Source: Candidatus Lokiarchaeum ossiferum
Lineage (GTDB): Archaea; Asgardarchaeota; Lokiarchaeia; Sigyniarchaeales; Promethearchaeaceae
Length of the DNA: 32,000 nucleotides
Reading direction: 5' to 3'
Assembly (NCBI GenBank): GCA_025839675.1
Contig: CP104013.1
Coordinates: forward strand, 4,410,001 to 4,442,000
The position numbers were made by a program, and so were the translations under genes. The stretch's first letter is position 1. Every line of letters begins with the position of its first letter. The notes beneath the pieces were generated by a model, which was given only the letters and a program-made list of their open reading frames with translations, did not search any database and had not been told where the DNA came from. Shown here in pieces: positions 1 through 7,700 of this stretch.

Positions 1-1305
1 GCAAATGGTCTTCCTGCTCCTGTAGCAGATAATGTTACTGCCATGTTGGAAGAATTTGAAGAAGGATTGCTCAATCAAACAGATCTTGGAGGAGGTTATG
101 ATTTAAATCTTCTTGATATTGCCTCACAAATCGTACCTTCAATTCCTTATTATTGGGGAACATCTGCAAATAGTTCACAAATTCCGACCTTCCTTAATGA
201 ATTTGGTGTTTACAGTGAATCATGGGCAGATATTCTTGGCTATGCTCTTCCATCAACACTCTATATTCCAAAAGATACTAATTTAGCTGATGCTTATCAA
301 GGTTTTTATGATTTCATGGTAGCTGAAGGTGAACTTAATGCTGGGGAATTAGAAGAATTCTTCTTAAACATGTCTGTTGATCGCTTTGAAGTCTATGAAA
401 AAATGGCTTACCTTGAATGGGAAGTTGAGGGTATGGATGATATTTTCTGGAATACTACGGGCATCCCAATAGATGGGCTTAATTACTTATGTGATATGTT
501 TAATCAAACCTTTGGTGTTGAATTGGATAATGAATCGATTTACTTGACAATGATTGCAACCCTTCGTTACGATGACAACGGAATATTAGATAACATGCAC
601 TACCAAATTGGTTATGAAATGACCACCAATACGAGTGAAAAACTTTCCTTTGAATATGAAAATGATATCTCTCAAGGTGCTTGGAAGAAAATCAATGAGC
701 GGTTTTATGGAGAACCTTTGATCGAAATTTATGACCATTGGGTTGATCCAGATGATCAGTTCACACTCAACTTTGGAGCAGGAGTAAATCAAGAATTAAT
801 AATTGAATCTGAAGAATATGATACTTCAGTCAAAATTGGTTATGATGCTATATCTGCAGGAACTTTATCTATTCAAGTGTGGACTAAAAACCCTTCTGAT
901 GGAACTGTGAACTTTACTGGAGAGGCGATCTATTTTGCAGTGGATGTTTCGAGTGGTAATGCTTTAACATTGCCAATTACCATTGAAGTTGAACTGCCTG
1001 CTGATGTATTAGCTTTAACAGACGATGAAATTCTGCAATATTTCCAAATTTATACATTGGATGAGTCAACAGATGAGTGGGTATTTGATAATTTCACCAA
1101 ATCCATTGAACGATCGACCGGAACTTTAATTATTGAAATCGATCATTTATCTGTGTTTGCTGCAGGTTATGTTGCCCCACCAGCTGATGAAGGAAATGGT
1201 GATGGAGAAGATGAAGGAGGATTTAAAATTCCGGGCTATACTCCACTCTTTGTTGTCTTTGCTTCATTAGGTGCAATTACTTTAATCATTAAGAAACGTA
1301 AATAA
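1..1305 (+). CDS. Surface/secreted glycoprotein, 5'-truncated at the window edge, with a PGF-CTERM-like (PGY) C-terminal sorting/anchor signal
   Basis: Frame 1 is open from nt 1, so the ATG at 43 is probably internal. There are many N-x-S/T sequons (NQT, NSS, NMS, NTT, NES, NTS, NFT). An acidic Gly/Asp/Glu linker (PPADEGNGDGEDEGG) is followed by IPGYTPLFVVFASLGAITLIIKKRK, i.e. PG[FY], a hydrophobic helix and a basic tail. Confidence 0.7.
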   Translation, partial: ANGLPAPVADNVTAMLEEFEEGLLNQTDLGGGYDLNLLDIASQIVPSIPYYWGTSANSSQIPTFLNEFGVYSESWADILGYALPSTLYIPKDTNLADAYQGFYDFMVAEGELNAGELEEFFLNMSVDRFEVYEKMAYLEWEVEGMDDIFWNTTGIPIDGLNYLCDMFNQTFGVELDNESIYLTMIATLRYDDNGILDNMHYQIGYEMTTNTSEKLSFEYENDISQGAWKKINERFYGEPLIEIYDHWVDPDDQFTLNFGAGVNQELIIESEEYDTSVKIGYDAISAGTLSIQVWTKNPSDGTVNFTGEAIYFAVDVSSGNALTLPITIEVELPADVLALTDDEILQYFQIYTLDESTDEWVFDNFTKSIERSTGTLIIEIDHLSVFAAGYVAPPADEGNGDGEDEGGFKIPGYTPLFVVFASLGAITLIIKKRK

Positions 1306-1311
1306 TTTGTT

Positions 1312-3159
1312 CTAAATTTTTTTTAATTTTTCCTTTTTTTCCCTTTCCCTTTTATTTAAAAATTGAATAAAATTTTGTTCTGAAATGTCCCGATCAATTA
1401 TATTTCTTAGTGTTTTTTGATAATAATCTTCAATTTGCCGATATTTAGTTTGTTTAATGAGTTTTGATAGATCAATACGCATCAGAATTTCCTTTGTATA
1501 GGGACGTTTAGCATCAAGAAAAGTGATTGATTGCAGAAATTTTTTGATTTCAGGGAGATTTAAGACAATCCAATAATAAAAAGCTTCATCATAGTCATCA
1601 AAAGAGATAAAATAGCACGTATCATCCAATATAACTGGTTTATTATTTTGGGGGGGAATTAAACTGAAGTGCAAGTCTTTATAAAATCCAGAGATTCCAA
1701 TTTTATATGGCTTAAAAGAATAATCTCCAATCCCAAAAATGGAAAAAACGGGTTTGTTTACATAAATTTTCGATTTTCGATTTTGAAATTTTTCTCTATG
1801 GATGTTCAAATAATTATATAACTGAGGAAAGTCCGTTTTCAAATAATCTGTAGATTGTCCTACTTTTTCTTGAGTAATAATGACTTGATACCTTGTGGAA
1901 GTTATCAATTTTTTTTTCAAATCTGAAGATTTCAAGAAAGGATAGATTTTTTCTTGTTCAAGCGCGATTGTTTGGTTTAAACCATTTTCATATAATCTAC
2001 TTGTTGAATTAATTTGCTTAAGTACCATTATTTTGGTGAGATCATGCTTTACACCTTGTCTCCATGCTGGATAAAATATACCATCAAAATATGCGTACTT
2101 TGAATATTGACAAATATTGGAAACAAATTTATTATTAACCCAACCAAATTCTGAACTAGATGTTTCTTCTACAGTCTTATCTATATGCTGAATTCTACCT
2201 TTGTTTTCTGCTGTTTCTCCAAAAGAAGAATAAAAAAGTGCTGCTGCAGCGTGAATGTTGAATTCCTTTTTTGCATCAATTTCAACTGCTTTAATGTTGG
2301 AGATTTTTTGAGTCTTTAATCGGTTATTCTTAACAAAGTTGCGAATAACTGTATTTTTGCATAGTATTGCAGTATTTCCCTTCAATTTTTCCTTAGTGAG
2401 TTTCTGCACCAAATCATTAATGATAAATTCGGCGATATCGAAATTGCTCTTACCCGTAATAGAATCGATTCCACGAAATTGTTTAATTTTATTGGATTTC
2501 TTTGGGATATTTTGCGATCTTAACGAAGAAAGTTCAGAATTAGTTATCCAAGGGGGATTTCCAATAATTAAAATCTTGGATTCTGAATGAATATTTTTTT
2601 TTATATTTGTAGTGAGAGAATGGTGAAATATGTTATCACAATAAAAATCTATAATGGGATGAATTGGGTTTAAAATGGCGTAATGGAGGATATTAAGCTT
2701 AAAATCCCACTCATATTTCTTTTGTAACTCCACACAATAGATGTATTCAAGATTTGGGAAGTAATTCAATGCAGATAGAATGAAATTTCCCTTTCCGCAG
2801 GTGGGTTCAATTATAAGCGTTGGATTTTCACCATTTTCTATTAAATATTTACAAATTTTATTTGTAAGGTGAATTGGTGTCTGAAAATCTCCCATATCTG
2901 CTTTTGGTTTTTTTTTTTTTTTTTTCTTTTGCTTCAATGTGGCGAGATGTTTTTTGATTCTCTCTAAAAAATGTTCAATTTCTTTCTTATCATGAAAAAA
3001 ATTAGAGATTTTTGTCTTAGATTGGAAAATGTGATTAATTTCTTCACATTTTTTTGAACTTTTAAGATAATATTTGAGGTCCGTAAATAATGTGAGTAGA
3101 AATTCTTCTGAAAAGTTCATTGAATAATGTAATCCAATGAAGTTATTAAAAGGAATCAT
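1312..3159 (-). CDS. N6-adenine DNA methyltransferase, gamma class (Eco57I/TaqI-like), with an 88-aa N-terminal extension and a TaqI-like C-terminal specificity region
   Basis: Motif X-like 'GDFQTP', AdoMet motif I 'EPTCGKGNF' and catalytic motif IV 'IIGNPPW' occur in gamma-class order. The C-terminal 'FYYWIVLNLPEIKKFL' resembles the TaqI-type target-recognition domain. No nuclease gene is adjacent. Confidence 0.8.
   Translation of the reverse strand: MIPFNNFIGLHYSMNFSEEFLLTLFTDLKYYLKSSKKCEEINHIFQSKTKISNFFHDKKEIEHFLERIKKHLATLKQKKKKKKKPKADMGDFQTPIHLTNKICKYLIENGENPTLIIEPTCGKGNFILSALNYFPNLEYIYCVELQKKYEWDFKLNILHYAILNPIHPIIDFYCDNIFHHSLTTNIKKNIHSESKILIIGNPPWITNSELSSLRSQNIPKKSNKIKQFRGIDSITGKSNFDIAEFIINDLVQKLTKEKLKGNTAILCKNTVIRNFVKNNRLKTQKISNIKAVEIDAKKEFNIHAAAALFYSSFGETAENKGRIQHIDKTVEETSSSEFGWVNNKFVSNICQYSKYAYFDGIFYPAWRQGVKHDLTKIMVLKQINSTSRLYENGLNQTIALEQEKIYPFLKSSDLKKKLITSTRYQVIITQEKVGQSTDYLKTDFPQLYNYLNIHREKFQNRKSKIYVNKPVFSIFGIGDYSFKPYKIGISGFYKDLHFSLIPPQNNKPVILDDTCYFISFDDYDEAFYYWIVLNLPEIKKFLQSITFLDAKRPYTKEILMRIDLSKLIKQTKYRQIEDYYQKTLRNIIDRDISEQNFIQFLNKREREKKEKLKKI
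2908..2925. repeat. T18 homopolymer (A18 on the coding strand) inside the methyltransferase ORF, encoding six consecutive AAA lysine codons
   Basis: Counted directly: gg-t(18)-c-tttt at 2906-2930. It translates as KQKKKKKKKPKADM, and an in-frame ATG (Met89, nt 2895-2893) lies 13 nt downstream on the coding strand. Confidence 0.95.
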
Positions 3160-3179
3160 TCACTGATTTATTTAAGAAA

Positions 3180-4307
3180 ATGAAGGCTGAAACAAATTCT
3201 CATGAAATCAATGATCCAAGTTTATCAATACCGGAAGAAAATATTAACTCACCAAGATTTGAATGGTTGGATCAATTTCGAGGGATGTGTGTCATCCTAT
3301 ACATTATTGGGATTATGTCTTGGGGGTTATCTGGTGAGATTGTAGATGGAATATTGCCTGTTGGCTCCACTTTTTATAATCATGGATGGGCCATCTCCTT
3401 TAAATTATTTGATCAAAGCCCCTTTGATTTTCCTTCAATAATTACAATTATTGATTTAGGTCAACCCAATCTGATATTCTTAGTTGGATTTATGCAAGCA
3501 TACAGTTTTAAGAGGAGAGAGAATCGTTTCAGTAAAAAATCCGCTTGGATCCATGTTTTTAATCGTTTTGGATTATTATTGGCAACAAGTGTTTTATTCG
3601 AAGATATACTACTTTCTCATGGGTTATTCACTGCCCTATTTGCGGGAACTTTTGCTTCCCTGGCATGGGCATCATTGTTTGGTGGCGTTTCTGCAGCCTA
3701 TATTAGGAAAGCCGATAATCGAGTTATGATTGGCCTAATAATTATGACTATTCATGCTATTTTATATGCTATTCCAGGACTAAACTCTTTTGAATTTGGT
3801 TTCGAACACCAAATATTCTATATTCCTTGGAAAATGATTAATTTATCTGCAATATCTATTGTTGCATCTGGATATAGCATATATTTCCTCGGACAAGGTG
3901 AAAAATTTGAACCTGAAAACATTTTATTTCGATCACGTATATTACCGCTCTGCTTAATTATGTTTGGGGCAAATTATTTAATTGATTTTCTTCAATGGGC
4001 TGATAATCCCCATTGTACGACATCTTTAGCCTTTTTAACCATCGCAATTTCCAGTTTGGGAATGTTCGTTTTTTATGAGTTCAGTCGGTACGATTTTAAA
4101 ATACCTTTCTTTTCAGCATTTGGAAAAAACATGTGGATCATGTTTATTATATCTCCCGTATTAGAATGGATTTTGATTGCATTAATTAAGGATGTTGTAA
4201 TGGCAAGCAGATGGATGGCTTTACTTCTGGCGGGAATATTTCCCTTGGTTCTTATGGGCTTTATTGCAAAAGTTTTAGAAAAAAAGAAAATTCTAGTGAA
4301 ATTATAA
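3180..4307 (+). CDS. Polytopic membrane protein, DUF1624/HGSNAT-like putative acyltransferase
   Basis: The N-terminal 'RFEWLDQFRGMCVILYIIG' matches the D-x-x-RG motif that opens the heparan-alpha-glucosaminide N-acetyltransferase-like family. About 10 hydrophobic helices follow. Confidence 0.45.
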   Translation: MKAETNSHEINDPSLSIPEENINSPRFEWLDQFRGMCVILYIIGIMSWGLSGEIVDGILPVGSTFYNHGWAISFKLFDQSPFDFPSIITIIDLGQPNLIFLVGFMQAYSFKRRENRFSKKSAWIHVFNRFGLLLATSVLFEDILLSHGLFTALFAGTFASLAWASLFGGVSAAYIRKADNRVMIGLIIMTIHAILYAIPGLNSFEFGFEHQIFYIPWKMINLSAISIVASGYSIYFLGQGEKFEPENILFRSRILPLCLIMFGANYLIDFLQWADNPHCTTSLAFLTIAISSLGMFVFYEFSRYDFKIPFFSAFGKNMWIMFIISPVLEWILIALIKDVVMASRWMALLLAGIFPLVLMGFIAKVLEKKKILVKL

Positions 4308-5044
4308 TGTTCGGAAAACAACGAAAGAAATACTATAAAGAAATTTTGCCTAATTTATTTTATTTTAGTGAAGGTCAGATGCTAGATTGCAATATGTACA
4401 TAATCAAAGATATTGATGAAAACTTATGCTTGATTGACGCAGGAAATGGCTTGTCTCTTTCTGGATTAGAAGCTGCTATTGAAGAATTAGGGTGGGATCT
4501 CATGAAGTTAAAGAAAATTCTCATTACTCATGATCATTTGGACCACATAATGGGGTTGTATCCTCTTCTTGAGAAATTTCCTGCCAATAAACCCCAAATT
4601 ATCTGTCATGCATTTACTGCTGATTTACTTGAAGAAGGAGATGAAAAAAAGGTTGTTCCAAGCGGGTTTGGGATAACTGCAGATCGGTTTGGTATTAATG
4701 TTATTCCATTATCTAATATTGATCGTAAAGATGAGGGAGATAATGTTTCCTTTGGTGATTATTCCTTTATCGTGTATTATACCCCCGGTCATAGTAAAGG
4801 GTCTATTTGTTATTATGAACCACAAAAAAAATTGCTCTTCTCTGGTGATGTGGTGTTCCCACAAGGAAGTTTTGGTCGATACGATTTTCCAGGGTGTTCA
4901 TTAGCTGATTTAAAAAATTCCATAAAGAGAATTGATGGGCTTGATATCGAAACACTTTGTGCTGGACATATGGCCCCGGTAGAAATAGGTGCAAATAGAC
5001 AAATAAGTATGTCAAATCGCAACATAAACAGCTCCATGTGGTAG
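4307..5044 (+). CDS. MBL-fold metallo-hydrolase (glyoxalase II-like superfamily)
   Basis: HxHxDH motif 'ITHDHLDH', with later metal ligands 'TPGHSKGS', 'SGD' and 'AGH'. The ATG at 4307 overlaps the upstream TAA stop (TAATG). The 4211 start in the ORF track would overlap the upstream gene by 32 codons. Confidence 0.8.
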   Translation: MFGKQRKKYYKEILPNLFYFSEGQMLDCNMYIIKDIDENLCLIDAGNGLSLSGLEAAIEELGWDLMKLKKILITHDHLDHIMGLYPLLEKFPANKPQIICHAFTADLLEEGDEKKVVPSGFGITADRFGINVIPLSNIDRKDEGDNVSFGDYSFIVYYTPGHSKGSICYYEPQKKLLFSGDVVFPQGSFGRYDFPGCSLADLKNSIKRIDGLDIETLCAGHMAPVEIGANRQISMSNRNINSSMW

Positions 5045-5100
5045 TAAGAAGATCAAAACCAAACCTTAATAGGTATCAGAAACCAACTTACAACTATACA

Positions 5101-5568
5101 ATGGCAATATTAGAAGCCTCAATCCTTTTTCAATCTGATTCGGTTTTAGAAACCCAATTTTATGAAACAGAGGATGTATTGGATCGCAAAATTCGAAATT
5201 CATTACTCCAAGCAATCACCGATTTAACTAGTGAAGCATTTGGCGAAGAAATGCAAAGTTTTTCACTAGGAGAATATTCGATTGTGTTTATCTCTCATAA
5301 AGTAGGGGTGTCAACTGATGAGGATAATTCGGAAAATATCGCAAATGAAGAAAGAATAATGATGTATTGTATTGTTAATAAAAATACAGATGAAAAAATC
5401 ATTTTAAAATCAATGAATGATGCTTTGTTTCAATTTACAAATCGATATTCAATGAATGATCTGTATCAACGGAAGTTAAAGAAATTTAAAAAGTTTGAAA
5501 AGCGCTTGGAGAAAATTTTTGGTGATCTTATCCTAAAAAGTGAAGATCGGTTCAAGAGTTTGTTTTAA
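5101..5568 (+). CDS. Hypothetical protein with a longin-like sequence pattern
   Basis: Starting at ATG 5101 (MAILEASILF...), the alternating pattern fits beta-beta-alpha-beta-beta-beta-alpha: ILEASILF / VLETQFY / RNSLLQAITDLTSEAF / MQSFSLGEY / SIVFISH / IMMYCIVNK / KIILKSMNDALFQFTNRY. A K/E-rich helix follows. The fold assignment is inference only. Confidence 0.35.
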   Translation: MAILEASILFQSDSVLETQFYETEDVLDRKIRNSLLQAITDLTSEAFGEEMQSFSLGEYSIVFISHKVGVSTDEDNSENIANEERIMMYCIVNKNTDEKIILKSMNDALFQFTNRYSMNDLYQRKLKKFKKFEKRLEKIFGDLILKSEDRFKSLF

Positions 5569-5677
5569 TCTTTTTTCCTTTGTTATACATGATAAATATA
5601 AAAACAAATATTTTCAAAATGCAATGCTTTGTTTTATTTGAAGAAAATTGGATCCGTAATTTTGGAGGTAATTTATT

Positions 5678-6901
5678 TTGAGTTCAAATTTGACATTAGA
5701 AGCGAAATTGGCATATCAACGTTATCTTGACGCTAATGGAATTGATGCTCGGATACAATATTTGCAAGAATTTCTTTCAGAAGTACCAAAACACAAAGCT
5801 ACTGAGAAGATTGTTGCTCTAAACAAAACTAAACTTTCTAAATTAAAGGCAGAAAAAGAAACTATAGAACTAAGAAAAAAAGCATTATCTGCGGGGAGTG
5901 AAGATCCATTTGCCGTTAAACGGGAACCACACACAATCCAGGTTATGATGATAAGCGATTTAATGGATAAAGGACAAGGTGTTGGGAAATCAACGTTGCT
6001 AAAGAATCTCACAGGGGAGTCTTCAGTAAAACCAGGAATATATACACCAGAACCCAAAGTGGGGATTTATGATTGGGAACATGTTAAATTTCAGGTAATT
6101 GAAATGCCTTCTTTACAAAATTCTTTAAATCTTTCCAAAATTTTAGCAAGCATTAGAAATACGGATATACTAACTATTCTTCTGGATTTATCCCAAAACC
6201 CTTTGGTTCAATTTAATAACATAGTTTCTCTTCTTACTGACCATAATATCTTTTTAAATCGTGCTCCACCAAATATCAAAATTGAACGTACTGGATCTGG
6301 TGGAATTCAGTTATTTTTCCATTCAAAGGAGGCTAAAAAATCCGAAAATATGTCGGAATTCATATTAGAAATGGTGAAGGCATATGGTTTACAAAATGCT
6401 ACGATAAAAATCTATGAAGAAGTAACTGTAGAAACTTTAGAGATGGCGTTTAATCGGAAATCTGTCTATAAACCCGCAATTATCTTAGCAACTAAGGCAG
6501 ATGTGGCTAATACTAAAAAAAATTATGAACTTTTTAAGAAAAAGGCTTCTTCTGTAATATCCACACCTTTTGAAATATTACCTGTTGCAGTCATATATTC
6601 TTCAACTGGAGAACAAATTAGGAAAGGAATGGATCATTTTGGTGAAAAAATTCTCCAACATTTGAATCTAATGCGAGTTTATACTAAATCCAAAAAAGGG
6701 GTAGCTGAAAAGCCGTTGGTTGTTCCTTATGAATCAACTATTGGAGATGTCGCGCTGAAGATACATAAGGATCTTTATCACGCATTCAAATTTGCGTATG
6801 TATACAGAGTCAAAGGAAACCATTCAACTACTCGAATACGTACTGGGCTAAATTTTCTTGTGCAAGAAGATGATGTGATTGAGATATTTTCCCGATTTTA
6901 A
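5678..6901 (+). CDS. DRG/Rbg-family (Obg-like) GTP-binding protein with a C-terminal TGS domain and non-canonical G motifs
   Basis: TTG start 8 nt after a GGAGGT Shine-Dalgarno at 5664-5669. The 'KHKATEKIVALNKTKLSKLKAE' helix, 'GVGKSTLLKNLTG', 'LNRAPPNIKIERTGSGGIQL', 'ATKAD' and the TGS block 'MRVYTKSKKG...PLVVPYESTIGDVALKIHKDLYHAFKFAYVY...EDDVIEI' all align to my memory of eukaryotic DRG1. Confidence 0.8.
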   Translation: MSSNLTLEAKLAYQRYLDANGIDARIQYLQEFLSEVPKHKATEKIVALNKTKLSKLKAEKETIELRKKALSAGSEDPFAVKREPHTIQVMMISDLMDKGQGVGKSTLLKNLTGESSVKPGIYTPEPKVGIYDWEHVKFQVIEMPSLQNSLNLSKILASIRNTDILTILLDLSQNPLVQFNNIVSLLTDHNIFLNRAPPNIKIERTGSGGIQLFFHSKEAKKSENMSEFILEMVKAYGLQNATIKIYEEVTVETLEMAFNRKSVYKPAIILATKADVANTKKNYELFKKKASSVISTPFEILPVAVIYSSTGEQIRKGMDHFGEKILQHLNLMRVYTKSKKGVAEKPLVVPYESTIGDVALKIHKDLYHAFKFAYVYRVKGNHSTTRIRTGLNFLVQEDDVIEIFSRF

Positions 6902-7092
6902 TCACATATACTATTTATTTCAGTGATCCCAAAACTCTTTATAAATTGCTTCACTAAAAGATTTAGAAATATTTTTGAAATGTTCTTAATATGTTTGATT
7001 TAATAGATTTCTTCCATATTTTTTATATAAGCGAAAAGTGTTACGTTTATACGATCGAAAAAACAATTTAATGCTTGCTAAGAGTGCAAAAC

Positions 7093-7686
7093 ATGTCAAA
7101 TATTGCCGAAACTGATGACCCGGAATCCATTAGATATCAATTTAAAATTGTTCTATTAGGTGATGGTGGTACTGGCAAAACGTGCCTTGTAAATCGGTAT
7201 TGTTTCAATGAATTTCTCGATACCAAACTTACCATTGGGCTATCCTTTAATTCTTATTCTATTCCCGCAGAAGAGAACGGAAAATCTTTTCGCATCGGAT
7301 TATCAATATGGGATTTTGGTGGTCAGGAACGTTTTAGACCGTTATTGCCACAATTCATTAGTGGGTGCAATGGGGCAATTTATGTATTTGATCAACTCGC
7401 GTTCCATTCGCTTGAAAATTTGCATAAAGAGTGGAAAAGCTTACTCCATTCAAATGCAGGAGAAGTGCCCTCTATATTAGTGGGTACAAAAGCAGATTTA
7501 ATTGATGAATCTCACTCCTTGATCGAGAAAGATACTTTGATGGAATATCAGCAGAATTTAGGAGTCTCGAGTTTTGTTAGTACTTCGGCGAAAACAGGTA
7601 AGAATATTAATGAAATTTTCAAACATTTGGTACGGGAAATTCTAAAAAAGTCACCCTTTGCCAAACGGAATATCATAATTCCCTAA
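7093..7686 (+). CDS. Small GTPase of the Ras superfamily, Rab-like
   Basis: G1 'LLGDGGTGKTCL', switch I 'TIGLSF', G3 'WDFGGQERF', G4 'VGTKADL', G5 'TSAKTG'. There is no C-terminal Cys prenylation motif (the protein ends ...NIIIP). ATG 7093 is preferred over the upstream TTG at 7075. Confidence 0.85.
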   Translation: MSNIAETDDPESIRYQFKIVLLGDGGTGKTCLVNRYCFNEFLDTKLTIGLSFNSYSIPAEENGKSFRIGLSIWDFGGQERFRPLLPQFISGCNGAIYVFDQLAFHSLENLHKEWKSLLHSNAGEVPSILVGTKADLIDESHSLIEKDTLMEYQQNLGVSSFVSTSAKTGKNINEIFKHLVREILKKSPFAKRNIIIP

Positions 7687-7700
7687 AAAGTGTTTTTTGC

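Noticed and set aside
4211-4306. N-terminal extensions suggested by the ORF track for the MBL hydrolase (4211) and for the longin-like protein (5038). The upstream TTG/ATG starts at 7075, 13469, 13490, 16203, 17648 and 21225 fall in the same category.
   Set aside because: The extensions overlap the preceding gene or add residues absent from family N-termini. Internal ATG codons with better context (TAATG coupling, Shine-Dalgarno-like elements, family-typical N-termini) were preferred. Start choice remains uncertain by a few codons.
5722-6057. 111-aa ORF antisense to the DRG-like gene. The same judgement applies to the other antisense or alternate-frame ORFs in the track: 586-792, 2339-2590, 3484-3729, 4073-4321, 4689-5037, 7208-7480, 7891-8085, 10565-10771, 13901-14086, 14351-14690, 15614-15832, 16151-16339, 16431-16679, 17001-17360, 17400-17657, 20246-20878, 21533-21853, 23099-23374, 24498-25025, 26165-26610, 27823-28023 and 28509-28733.
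   Set aside because: Each lies wholly or largely inside a longer ORF with clear family motifs on the other strand or frame, or runs from that ORF's end into the adjacent spacer. Their sequences are low-complexity and rich in I, F, K and N, as expected from translating AT-rich DNA out of frame. None has a recognisable motif or ribosome-binding site.
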